A stretch of 64,000 nucleotides of DNA from Rebecca billardiae RCC1528 (lineage: Eukaryota; Protista; Haptophyta), in the NCBI GenBank assembly GCA_965240325.2, contig OZ251228.1, forward strand, positions 496,001-560,000, in the 5' to 3' direction. Shown piece by piece: positions 23,201 to 35,783 of the stretch (position 1 is the first letter of the stretch; each line of letters begins with the position of its first letter). The position numbers were made by a program, and so were the translations under genes. Under the pieces are notes generated by a model. That model had not been told where the DNA came from. It made no database searches and worked only from the letters and a program-made list of their open reading frames with translations.

Positions 23201-26200
23201 CACCGCCACCAAGCCTGCCGCCGAACCCGCCTCCGTCGCCCCCACCATCGCCACCGCCACCAAGCCTGCCGCCGAGCCCACCTCCGTCGCCCCCACCATC
23301 GCCACCGCCACCAAGCCTGCCGCCGAGCCCACCTCCGTCGCCCCCACCATCGCCACCGCCGCCGAGCCCGCCACCGTCACCGCCGCCGTCGCCCCCACCA
23401 TCGCCACCGCCACCGAGCCCACCGCCGAGCCCGCCGCCAAGCCCGCCACCATCGCCACCGCCGCCGAGCCCGCCGCCAAGCCCGCCTCCGTCGCCCCCAC
23501 CATCGCCGCCGCCACCAAGCCCGCCGCCGAGCCCACCTCCGTCGCCCCCACCATCGCCACCGCCGCCGAGCCCGCCGCCAAGCCCGCCTCCGTCGCCGCC
23601 ACCGGCGCCACCGCCACCAAGCCCGCCGCCAAGCCCGCCGCCGAGCCCGCCACCATCACCACCGCCACCGAGCCCGCCTCCGAGCCCGCCTCCGTCGCCC
23701 CCACCATCGCCACCGCCACCAAGCCTGCCGCCGAACCCGCCTCCGTCGCCCCCTCCATCGCCACCGCCACCAAGCCTGCCGCCGAGCCCACCTCCGTCGC
23801 CCCCACCATCACCACCGCCACCGAGCCCGCCTCCGAGCCCGCCTCCGTCGCCCCCACCATCGCCGCCGCCACCAAGCCCGCCGCCGAGCCCACCTCCGTC
23901 GCCCCCACCATCGCCACCGCCGCCGAGCCCGCCGCCAAGCCCGCCTCCGTCGCCGCCACCGGCGCCACCGCCACCAAGCCCGCCGCCAAGCCCGCCGCCG
24001 AGCCCGCCACCATCACCACCGCCACCGAGCCCGCCTCCGAGCCCGCCTCCGTCGCCCCCACCATCGCCACCGCCACCAAGCCCGCCGCCGAGCCCGCCTC
24101 CGTCGCCCCCACCATCGCCACCGCCACCGAGCCCGCCGCCAAGCCCGCCTCCGTCGCCGCCACCGGCGCCACCGCCACCAAGCCCGCCGCCAAGCCCGCC
24201 GCCGAGCCCGCCACCATCACCACCGCCACCGAGCCCGCCTCCGAGCCCGCCTCCGTCGCCCCCACCATCGCCACCGCCACCAAGCCTGCCGCCGAGCCCG
24301 CCTCCGTCGCCCCCACCATCGCCACCGCCACCAAGCCTGCCGCCGAACCCGCCTCCGTCGCCCCCACCATCGCCGCCGCCACCAAGCCTGCCTCCGAGCC
24401 CGCCTCCGTCGCCCCCACCATCGCCACCGCCACCGAGCCCGCCGCCAAGCCCGCCTCCGTCGCCGCCACCGGCGCCGCCGCCACCAAGCCCGCCGCCAAG
24501 CCCGCCGCCGAGCCCGCCACCATCACCACCGCCACCGAGCCCGCCTCCGAGCCCGCCTCCGTCGCCCCCACCATCGCCGCCGCCACCAAGCCCGCCGCCG
24601 AGCCCACCTCCGTCGCCCCCACCATCGCCACCGCCGCCGAGCCCGCCGCCAAGCCCGCCTCCGTCGCCGCCACCGGCGCCACCGCCACCAAGCCCGCCGC
24701 CAAGCCCGCCGCCGAGCTCGCCACCATCGCCACCGCCACCGAGCCCGCCTCCGAGCCCGCCTCCGTCGCCCCCACCATCGCCACCGCCACCAAGCCCGCC
24801 TCCGAGCCCGCCTCCGTCGCCCCCACCATCGCCACCGCCACCAAGCCTGCCGCCGAACCCGCCTCCGTCGCCCCCACCATCGCCACCGCCACCAAGCCTG
24901 CCGCCGAGCCCGCCTCCGTCGCCCCCACCATCGCCGCCGCCACCAAGCCTGCCGCCGAGCCCGCCTCCGTCGCCCCCACCATCGCCACCGCCACCGAGCC
25001 CGCCGCCAAGCCCGCCTCCGTCGCCGCCACCGGCGCCACCGCCACCAAGCCCGCCGCCAAGCCCGCCGCCGAGCCCGCCACCATCACCACCGCCACCGAG
25101 CCCGCCGCCGAGCCCGCCTCCGTCGCCCCCACCCGCGCCGCCGCCACCAAGCCCGCCGCCGAGCCCGCCTCCGTCGCCCCCACCATCGCCACCGCCACCG
25201 AGCCCGCCGCCAAGCCCGCCTCCGTCGCCGCCACCGGCGCCACCGCCACCAAGCCCGCCGCCAAGCCCGCCGCCGAGCCCGCCACCATCACCACCGCCAC
25301 CGAGCCCGCCTCCGAGCCCGCCTCCGTCGCCCCCACCATCGCCGCCGCCACCAAGCCCGCCGCCGAGCCCACCTCCGTCGCCCCCACCATCGCCACCGCC
25401 GCCGAGCCCGCCGCCAAGCCCGCCTCCGTCGCCGCCACCGGCGCCACCGCCACCAAGCCCGCCGCCAAGCCCGCCGCCGAGCCCGCCACCATCACAACCG
25501 CCACCGAGCCCGCCTCCGAGCCCGCCTCCGTCGCCCCCACCATCGCCGCCGCCACCAAGCCCGCCGCCGAGCCCACCTCCGTCGCCCCCACCATCGCCAC
25601 CGCCGCCGAGCCCGCCGCCAAGCCCGCCTCCGTCGCCGCCACCGGCGCCACCGCCACCAAGCCCGCCGCCAAGCCCGCCGCCGAGCCCGCCACCATCGCC
25701 ACCGCCACCGAGCCCGCCTCCGAGCCCGCCTCCGTCGCCCCCACCATCGCCACCGCCACCAAGCCCGCCTCCGAGCCCGCCTCCGTCGCCCCCACCATCG
25801 CCACCGCCACCAAGCCTGCCGCCGAACCCGCCTCCGTCGCCCCCACCATCGCCACCGCCACCAAGCCTGCCGCCGAGCCCGCCTCCGTCGCCCCCACCAT
25901 CGCCGCCGCCACCAAGCCTGCCGCCGAGCCCGCCTCCGTCGCCCCCACCATCGCCACCGCCACCGAGCCCGCCGCCAAGCCCGCCTCCGTCGCCGCCACC
26001 GGCGCCACCGCCACCAAGCCCGCCGCCAAGCCCGCCGCCGAGCCCGCCACCATCACCACCGCCACCGAGCCCGCCGCCGAGCCCGCCTCCGTCGCCCCCA
26101 CCATCGCCACCGCCGCCGAGCCCGCCGTTGAGCCCGCCTCCGTCGCCCCCACCGGCGCCACCGCCACCAAGCCCGCCACCAAGCCCGCCGCCGAGCCCGC

Positions 26201-29200
26201 CACCATCGCCACCGCCACCGAGCCCGCCTCCGAGCCCGCCTCCGTCGCCCCCACCATCGCCGCCGCCACCAAGCCTGCCGCCGAGCCCGCCTCCGTCGCC
26301 CCCACCATCGCCACCGCCACCAAGCCTGCCGCCGAGCCCGCCTCCGTCGCCCCCACCATCGCCGCCGCCACCAAGCCTGCCGCCGAGCCCGCCTCCGTCG
26401 CCCCCACCATCGCCACTGCCACCGAGCCCGCCGCCAAGCCCGCCTCCGTCGCCGCCACCGGCGCCACCGCCACCAAGCCCGCCGCCAAGCCCGCCTCCGA
26501 GCCCGCCACCATCACCACCGCCACCGAGCCCGCCTCCGAGCCCGCCTCCGTCGCCCCCACCATCGTCGCCGCCACCAAGCCCGCCGCCGAGCCCGCCTCC
26601 GTCGCCCCCACCATCGCCACCGCCACCGAGTCCGCCGCCGAGCCTGCCGCTGAGCCCGCCACCATCGCCACCGCCACCGAGCCCGCTGCCGAGCCCGCCT
26701 CCGTCGCCCCCACCATCGCCACCGCCACCGAGCCCGCCGCCGAGCCCACCTCCGTCGCCGCCACCGGCGCCACCGCCACCAAGCCCGCCGCCGAGCCCGC
26801 CACCATCGCCGCCGCCTGCGCCACCGCCGCCGAGCCCGCCGCCGAGCCCGCCGCCATCGCCACCACCCGCGCCGCCGCCGCCGAGCCCGCCACCGTCACC
26901 GCCGCCGTCACCACCACCGGCGCCGCCGCCTCCGAGCCCGCCGCCGAGCCCGCCTCCGTCGCCCCCACCATCGCCACCGCCACCGAGCCCGCCTCCGTCG
27001 GCCCCACCATCGCCACCGCCACCAAACCTGCCGCCGAGCCCGCCTCCGTCGCCGCCACCGGCGCCACCGCCACCAAGCCCGCCGCCAAGCCCGCCGCCGA
27101 GCCCGCCACCATCGCCACCGCCACGGAGCCCACCGCCCTCGCCGCCACCGTCGGTGCCGCCGGCGCGGCCGCCACCGCCGCGCACGCCGCCGCCCACCCC
27201 ACCGCCGTCCTTCCCGCCACGGAGCCCACCGCCGAGCTCGCCGCCGTCGCTTCCGCCCACACCCTCTGCGCCTCGGCCGTCGCCGCCAAGCCCGCCGCCG
27301 TCGCCACCACCGGGCGCTCCGCGGTCAAGCGCGCCGCCGGGCGCGCCGCCGCCCCTACAGTCGCCGCCGAGCTCGCCGCCGCGCCTCCCGCCGCTCGCGG
27401 CGCTGAGCGCGCCGACGCTGAGCACCGCTTCGCTCAGCGCCGACCTCTCGACCCTCGTCCTCCGCTTCGCGCCCGACGCGCCGACCAACCGCGCCGGCAT
27501 GGGCGGGCTCGCGCCGTGCGCGGCCGTGCTCGACGACGAGACCGTCGCGCTGCTGCGCGGCGGCGCGGCGCTCGAGCCGCGCTGCTACTGGCGTGACGGC
27601 GTGACGCTGGTCGCGCAGCTCAACTCGCGCACGCAGCTTGCGCCGGGCGCGCGCGTCGGCGTGCGCGGCGGCGTGCTCGCCCGCGCGGGCGCGGGCTTCG
27701 ACGACGGCGCGCCGTGCGACGGCGCGGCCGCGTGCGTCGGCGACGGCGCCGCCGCGCGCCTCAACGCGTCCTCGCCGTGCGATGGGCCGTGCGCGACGCC
27801 CACGGCGGTGATCCGCGCGCCTGCGCTGCTGCCGGCGTGCGCCAACGGCACGCGCGTCACGCTCGACGGCTCCGCCTCGGCCGGCGGCGGCGTCCTGCCC
27901 CTCGCGTACGCGTGGTCGGTGCTCGACGACGGATCGGATGCGGACGTCGACGCCCTCCGCGCTGTGGCCGCGCTGCTGGCCGCAGCGCCGCCCGGCCCTG
28001 TGCTCGAGCTCACGCCGCCCGCGCACGGCTGGCGCACGCTCGTCTTCGGCCTGCGCGTGACCACCGCGCTGGGCGACGCGTCGGCGCTCGCGCGCTGGGC
28101 GCTCGCGCGCGCGGCCGGTGCCGCGCCCATGCTCTCTCTCGACGCGCCGCCGCGCGTGTCGCTGCGCGCGGCAGACGAGCTCGCGCTGCGGGGCCGAGCG
28201 GTGCCGGCGCCGTGCTGGCCAAGCGGTCTGGACGGCCGCGTGCGCTTCAGCTGGGCGGTGAGGTCAGCGCGCCCGCTCGGCGCTGCGAGCCACGCCAACG
28301 CCTCCGCGCCCGACGAGCCCGCGGCCGCCGCCGCCGACGACGACGACGCCGCCGCTCTCGCCTCGGCGCGCGCGGCGCTCATCGGAGCAAGCGGCGCGCG
28401 GCTGCTTGTGCCCGCGCGCGCGCTCCGGCCGGGTCGGGCGTACGCGCTCGAGCTAAGCGCGACGATGGCTGCGGACGGCAGCGCGCGCGCGCGCGCCTCC
28501 GTGCTCGTCGAGGTGCGCGCCGCGCCGCTCGTCGTCACCATCGCCGGCGGCGACCGCCGCGTGGCCGCGGGTGCGCCCTTCTCGCTCGATGCTTCCGGCT
28601 CGCACGACCCGAACGAGATCGCATCTCCGCTGGGCGAGATCGCATCTGCGCTGGGCGAGATGGTATCTCCCGCGCCGGCGCTCCTCGGCGGCGGCGGTGG
28701 CGTCGAGCGTGGCGCCGAGCCGGCGGGCGGGCTCTGGCTCGAGTGGAGCGTGCACAGCGCCGACGGCTCGGCCGCGCCCGCCGCGCCGCCGCTCAGTGCC
28801 GGCTTTGCGCTGGCCAATCAGAGCGCGGCACCGGTGCTGCGGGTGCCCGCGGGCGCGCTCGGCGCCGGGCTGTGGCGGTTCCGCGTGCGTGGCCGCTCGC
28901 GCGACGGCTCGCGGCGCGCGGAGGCGTCCGTGCTGATCGAGCTCGTCGCGGCCGCCATTCCCACCGTCGCGCTCGAGCCGCTCGCACCGTCCTTCCCAGT
29001 CGTGCTGCCGGCGTGGGCGTCGCCCGCGCAACGCTTTGCGCTGCGCTCGACGCTGGACGAGGCGTCGGCCGCGCGGCAGGAGTCCGGCCTCGTGTCGTGG
29101 GTGTACGAGTGGTCGGCGTGGGTGGTGCGCGAGGAGACCCCCGAGCCCGCCGCGCTCGCGGGCGCGGCGGCGGCCGACGGCTGGGCCGCCGCGCCGAGCG

Positions 29201-32200
29201 CAGCAGCAGCCGGCGCGCGCACGCGTGCGCCGCTTGACCTCGCGGACACGGCGCGCGTGACGACGACCGGCGCGGACGGGCCGTCGCTCGGCTTCCGCTC
29301 GGGCGCGCTCGCGCCCGGCACGACGTACGCGTTTGAGCTGCGCGTGCTGGACGGCGGCGCCGGCGGCGGCGCGCCGAGCGCGCGCGCGGAGCTGCTCGTG
29401 CGCACGAACCGCCCGCCATTCGGCGGCAGCGTGCGCGCGTCGCCGAGCGACGGCGGGGTGGCCGGCCTGACCCTATTCGCCTTGTCCGCGCCCGGCTGGG
29501 CGGACGATGACGGCGACGAGGAGCTGCCGCTGCGCTTCGCGTTTGCGTACGCGGCGGCGGAGGAGGGCACGGCGGCCGAGCCCGACGCCGCCGACGCGGC
29601 CGCGCAGCAGACCGAGCGCTCCGACACCGCGCTGCCAGCGAACGCCGCGCCGCTCGGCGCGCGCTCGCTGAGCGCTGAGGTGCAGGTGACGCTCCCGGCG
29701 GGTCGGCTGCGGGTTTGGGCGGAGGTGACCGACGCGCACGGCGGCTCGGCGGCGGCGTGGGCGGGCGTGCGCGTGGCGCCGCTGCCGTGCGAGCTCGCAC
29801 CCTCGCTGCTCGACTCGGCGCGCGCCGCCGACGCCGCCGCCGACTCCGAGGCCGTGCTCCAACTGCTCCGAGCTCTGGCACCCGCGCTCGGCGCGAGCTG
29901 CGCGCCACAGCCGGCGGCGGCGGCGCGTGAGCTCGATGGCGGCGCGGGCGTTGGCGAGGGCGGCGGCGGCGGCGCGGAGGCGCTCGAGGCGGCGCTCGCG
30001 CTCAGCGCCGCCGCGAGCGCGAGCGGCGCGGCGGGCGCGCCGCCGTCGCGCGCGTCGGTGCGCATGGCATCCAGCACGCTGCGCGCGCTCACCGCCGCGG
30101 CCGCGGGCGGCGCGCTCGGCTCGGGCGCGCGCGTCGCGACAATGGCGCAGCTGGCGTCGCTCGCGCGGCAGGCGGCGGGCGCGGCAGTGGGCGGCGTGGA
30201 CGCGGCGATGGCGGAGGAGCTGCTTGCGAGCGCAGGCACGTTGCTCGCGCCGCCCGCCGACGGCGCAGCCAGCGGCCGCACACCCGGTGCAGGCGGCACC
30301 GCCGCCAACGCGAGCTCGAGCGATCTGGAGGTCGATCTGGAGATCGCGGCCGAGATTGCGGACGAGGTGCGACGCGCGCTGGGCGCGTCCGCCGTGGAGC
30401 TGGGCGGCAGCCTCGCCGCGGGCCTGCTCGCGGGCGCGCTCGCGGGCGAGGCCGTGAGCGTCTCGTCGCCGGGCGGCGAGCTCAACATCTCGGCGGCGCG
30501 GCTTGCGCACGCCGCACTGCGCGCCGGGCACGACTCGTCAGGCGTTGGCGAAGGCGGCGCGTTTGGAGGCGTGGGCGTGCGGCTGCCACCGGCGGTGCTC
30601 GACGCGCTGCCGCCCGCCTCCGCGCTGCCGCTCGGCGTCGACCTGCGCCAGTTCGCCCTCGCGCGCAGCCCGTACCCGCTGCCGCCGTCGCCGGTCGAGC
30701 CGCCCGCTCCGGGCGCGGGCGCGGCCGCGGGCGGCGAGGCGGACGGCACCAACATCAGTGGCGCGGGCGGCGCGGGCGCGGGCGGCGGCGGCGGCGGCAA
30801 TGCCGGCGCCGGCGACGACGACGACGGGCTGCTCACGCCCCTGCTCTCGGTCTCACTCTTCGACGCGGCGCGCGGCACCGAGATTGCAATCTCGCGGCTG
30901 AGCGCGCCGATCGAGCTGACGCTCCCGCTGCGGCGCGGCGGCGCCAGCCAAGTAGTCGAGCGCGGCGGCGCGAGCTGCGGTGGCGCGGAGGCGGAGGGCG
31001 GGGAGGCTGCGCCGGGTTGCGGCCTGCGCGGCGCGTGCGTCGGCGGCGCGTGCGCGTGCGCCGACGGCGCGCACGGCGCGCGGTGCGAGCTGCGCACCGC
31101 GTGCCGCTTCTGGGATGAGCCGTCGCAGCGCTGGTCTGCGGACGGCTGCGCGACCGCCGCCGTGAGCTCCGCGCACGTGTGGTGCGCGTGCACGCACCTC
31201 ACGGCGTTCGCGGCGGTGTCGGTGCCGCAGAGCGCGCCCGCCGCCGCCGAGGAGGCGAGTGGCGCGGTGCGGCCGAACGCGCTCACGCCCGACGACGTCG
31301 CGCAGGTGCTCACCAACCCTCGCCCCGCCGAGAACGTGTACATGTGGCTGCTGTGCGCCGGGATGGCCGGCGCGGCGCTCACGACATCGCTCACGCTGCG
31401 CTGGGCGGACGAGCGCGCGCTCGCGCTGCGGCTCGCGCCGCGCGCGCTCGCGGCGTCGATCGAGCTTGGGCTGGCGAGCCGGCGCGCCTCGCGGCGCTGG
31501 TGGAAGGCGCGGCTGCACCACGCCGCGCGCCAGATCCAGCGGTACGCGCGCGGGCTGCTCGCGCGGCGCGAGAATGAGCGGCGGCGCGCGCGCACGGCCG
31601 GCGCGCGGCGCGCGGAGGCGCGCGCGCTGCTGCGCGCGCTCGGCGCGGTGCTTCGGAGAGCGGGCGGCGAGCACAGCGTGCTCGGGCTGTGGCTCGGCAG
31701 CGCGGGCGCCGAGCTGGGCGGCATCTCGAGGGCCGAGCTGGGCATCGTCTTCTGGGCGGCCTCCGCCCTCTCCATCGCCGCGGCGTGCGCGCTCCACGCA
31801 GACAACGACGACGACGCGGCCGGCGCGGCCGGCGGCGGAGCGCCGCCGGTGCCACCGCCTGACGGGTCGACGCCACCTGTGCAGGACAGCGGCCTGCTGG
31901 CGTCGGCGCTGCGCGCCGCGGCGATCGCCGCCGTCGTCGGCCCGTGCGCCGCGCTGCTCAAGGCCCTCTTCAAGCGCGCGCGCGGCGCTCGCTTCCGAGG
32001 GCCGGGGCGGCGCGCGCGCTCCGCGTACGACCGTGCTGTGCGGCATGCGTCTCGCGTGCTGCTCCGTACTGGTGCGCTGCCCAGCCCGCGCGCATCCGCG
32101 GGCACCGAGGCGTTCTCGCGGCGCAGCAGCGGCAGCGCGCTCGGCGTTGCCCACGGGCCCGCGGCGGACGGCTCGCTCGACGCCATCTCGACGGCCGGCA

Positions 32201-34068
32201 GCTTGTCTGGCAGCGGCGTCGGCGCCGGCGCCGGCGCCGCCGGCTCCGCAGCCGCCGCCGCCGCCGCCGGATGCGCGCTGGGAGCTTCGTTCGGCACGGA
32301 GCGCAGTGGTGCCACCGCCCGAGGCGGCGGGCCCGCCTCATCGTCCTCCTCGTTCAGCTCGGCGCGCTCACGCTCCGTCGGCAGCAGGCGCAGCGCCGCC
32401 AAGGCGGGCCGCGTGCTGCCGCTGTGTGCCGCGTCGGGCGCGCGCGCGCGCTCGGCGCAGCAGCCGCAGCCGCAGCCGCAGCCGCAGCCGCAGCCCGGCT
32501 CACCCGGCGCCGACTCGCCGCGCGCGCGCCGCGCGCGCCCAGGCTCGGCAGCCGGCAGCGCCACGCCGCCGTCCATCGTGCGCACGGCCAGCTTCGCCGC
32601 CCTCGCCAGTGCACGCAGCGCGCTGAGCAGCGCTCGGAGCGCGCGCAGCGGTCGTAGCGCAAGCAGCGCCTCGCTCTGCTCGACGTGCTCGCCTCGGCTT
32701 GTGCTCGTCGCGAGCGGCGCCGGCGGCAGCGAGCCGGCGGCACCGGCCGCCGCCGAGCCAAGCGCGGCGGGTGCGCGCGAGCCGTCGAGTGGCGGCGCGG
32801 CCGCGCGCTCGCCGGCCGCGCCGCCGCCGGCCGCGCCGCCGCCGCCGGGCCTCTTGGCCGAGATGCTATCTGGCGCCGAGATGCAATCTCGCGGCCGCGG
32901 CGGCCGCGCGGGCGGCGCGCACTCGGCCGCGCGCGGCGGCGCGCCCATCGGTGCCGCCGACGCCGAAGGGGTCGACGATCACGACGACGACGACGGCAGC
33001 GCACAGCTCCTCAGCGCCTGCGGTAGCGACGACGACGACGACGACGACGCTGCGGCCGCGCGCCGGGCGCGGCGCGCGCGCGCCGCCGCCGCGCGCGTGG
33101 CGTGCGACGCGGCCGGCACGGCGGCCGTCTCGGCTGCGTCGCGCGGCGCGCAGCCGGCCGCGGCGCCGCGCAGCGGCGCGAGCGCCGAGCTCAGCGAGCG
33201 CTTCCCCCTCGCCGCCTCGCGCGCCTCCGCGCCGAGCGCCCCGCCCCGCGGCAGTCGCGGCGGCGCGGCCGCGCTTGGCCCGCTCACAGCTGGGCGCGCG
33301 CACCTGCCCCCGGGGCTCGAGTCGTGCGAGCCGCGCGCGCGGCGCGCGCACGCGATGGGCGGCTCCGAGCGCGTCGCGCGCGCGCCGCGCGCGCCGGCGC
33401 TGCTGCCGCGCGACTCCTCGCCGTCGCTCTCGCCTCCGCGCAGCCGCGGCGGCGGGCGAGTCCGGCCCGAGCCGCCGTCGCCGCCCGCGTCGCCGCACGC
33501 GCGCGCGCCGCCGCCGCCGCCGCCGCCGTCCGAGCCCGCCGTCGTCGTGCGCCCCAACGCGGACTCGCAGGCGGAGGCGGGCGCCTCGGCGGCGCTCGGC
33601 AGGCGCGGCGCGGCGCCGCTCGCGCACGCCGCGGCGCCCGCTGGCTCACTCCTACCGGAGCGGCCGCGCCCGACTGAGCGCTCGCGATCGGCGGCCATCC
33701 TGCCGACGGCGCGCACGCGACCTCGGCCGGCGTCGCAGGTGCTCGCGCGCAGCCGCAGCGCGGCGGTCGGCGAGCTCGGCCTCGCGGCCGGCGCAGCCGC
33801 GGACGGCGCAGCCGCGGGTGTGCACTCCACTGACGCAGCCTCGCTGTCCGGCTTGGCGCCCGTTGGCCGTGCTCAGGGCGCGCCGCCGCTCCGCCCGACA
33901 CCGCCGCCGGAGGGGTGGGTGGCCCCTGCGCCGCCGCGCCGCTCGCGTGCGCCGCGGCCGCCCTCGCCGCCGCCCTCGCCGCCGCCCTCGCCGCCATCCG
34001 CCTCGCCCCCAGCCTCGCCGCACGCGCGCCGCGCAGCGGCATCGGCAGCGGCCGCGGCGGTGGCGCCG

Positions 34069-34100
<32 letters not shown>

Positions 34101-34101
34101 T

Positions 34102-34133
<32 letters not shown>

Positions 34134-35460
34134 CGAGCCCAACCCGCGCGCCTCTGCCACACTGGACGACGGCTCGACCACGCCGAGCGACTCCCCCGCC
34201 AGCTCGCGCCGCGCCTCCGCGTGCGCGGCCGTGCAGTTCGGCTCGCCGCTCTCGCTGCCGCTCCGCTCCGCCGGCGCCGAGCGCGGCGCCGCGATGGCGC
34301 GCGCGGTCCTTGAGCCGATCCGCGGCGCGCGCGCTTGGCTTGTCAAGCCGCCGCCGCCGGCGCCGTCGACGATCGCCACAGGACACTCGTCCGAGTCCGC
34401 CTCGCCGCGCGGCACGGCGTCCGTACTCGGCAGCGAGGCGGGCGGCGGCGCCGCCGCCAGCGCCGCGCCGGGTCTGCCCGGCGGCCGCGTGGCGTCGTCG
34501 CCGCCCGGCGTGCGCATCGCCGCGGCCGCCGCCGCCGCCGTCGGCCGCAGGCCTCGGCGGCGCAGCCGCGGCCCGGAGCCACCTGCACTCATGCGCGGCC
34601 CACTGCCGCCGCTCTCCATCCTGTCCGTGCTCTCGTCCGAGGACTCGGGCTCGTTCGAGTCGAGCGCGCGCTCCTCTGCGGCGCGCACGCCCACGCCCGC
34701 CGAGCGCGCCACCGCCGCCTCGGAGCGCAGCGTGCTCGGTCGCTGCTCGGCCGTGCCCCGCCGCTCCACCTCCTCTCTCGACTCCGCAGGGCGTGTCTCG
34801 CTCGGCTCTGTCTCGCCCACCGCCGACCCGCTGATCGACGCGGTGCCGGAGGCGGTGCGCGCGCTCCGCCACCGGTTCGCGCTGCACGCCGGCGGCCGGC
34901 ACGCGCTCGTGCCGCGCGAGCGCGCGCCCGCGCTGCTCGAGCACCTCGGCTTCCGCCTCGGCGCGTGGCGGCTGCGAGGCGCGCTCGACGCGCTGTGCGA
35001 CACCGACACCGGCGCCGACGGCGCCGACGCCCGCGGCGGCGCGATCAGCTTCGGCGCGCTCGTCGGCTGGTACGGCGCGCAGCTGCGCGCGGACGCGGCG
35101 CGGCGCGCGGCGTGGCGGCGTTGGCCGCTCGGCGCAGCGCTCTGCCGCGTGTGGCACATGCCGCGCGCCGCGCGCACGGCCGTCGCGTGGGCGGCGGCGG
35201 CGGCGGTCTTTGCGGCGGCGCTGCTCGTCGCGCTCGCGTACGGCCGCGTGTTTGGCAACGAGCGCACGCGGCGCATGCTCACCGGCTGGGCGTTTGCCGA
35301 GATCGAGCGCATCGCCGCCGCCGAGCCGGTGGTCTCGGTGTTCAGCGTCACGCTCGTCGCCGCTGGCCGCTCGGCCGCACGAGCGGGCTCGCGCATCGGC
35401 GACATGATCAACACCTTCCTCGCGATGGCGGTAGGCCTGCTCTTGCGCGTGCTGAGCTGA
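17293..35460 (+). CDS. Giant polycystin-1-like/adhesion receptor (~6055 aa): signal peptide, FG-GAP beta-propeller, two Cys/Trp modules, Ser-Pro stalk, REJ/PKD, EGF, GPS, TM region
   Basis: Uninterrupted ORF. About 7 FG-GAP repeats with GDxDGDG Ca-loops (17450-18560). REJ-like (LDASGSHDP, NRPPFGG, WADDD..LPLRFAF). EGF-like module near 31020-31090. GPS CRFWDE..WSADGC...CACTHLTAFA (31102-31212). PKD1-like TM motifs (YGRVFG...EP). In-frame introns cannot be excluded. Confidence 0.85.
19237..27390 (+). repeat. Coding tandem repeat, ~51-nt (17-aa) period SPPPSPPPSPPP[A/S]PPPP
   Basis: Direct reading; higher-order near-identical blocks recur between about 23.5 and 26.1 kb. Confidence 0.95.
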
Positions 35461-35783
35461 AGCCGGCGGCGCGCTCTCGTATGGTTCTTCCCAGCCGCCA
35501 TCCGAGCTGATGAGCAGTCACAGTGCCACCCTCCAACGCAGCCCTCAAAATCGTCCCCCATATTATATATTTTGACAACGTAGTGAGGGCCCCCGGCGGG
35601 GCGCTCCACGCTACGCGCTCCGCCCTGCACCGCGGGCGCCGCCATAATTAATTATCATAATAATAATTCATCTGAGGATTATGCATGAACGAGTAGCAGC
35701 TACTGCAGTGACGCTCTTGGCTCTTGCCGTTCACCTCTGGAGCTGCTCACGAGCACTTGCTGCGTGGCCGTGCTGACGCACGC

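Noticed and set aside
19110-27596. Four very long alternative-frame ORFs (Ala/Thr-, Gly-, Ala/Val- and Arg/His-rich)
   Set aside because: Shadow frames of the stop-free proline repeat; only the Pro frame connects to real domains on both sides
28818-35645. Long antisense ORFs over the giant gene and similar ones over other genes
   Set aside because: Expected at this GC content; no domain motifs
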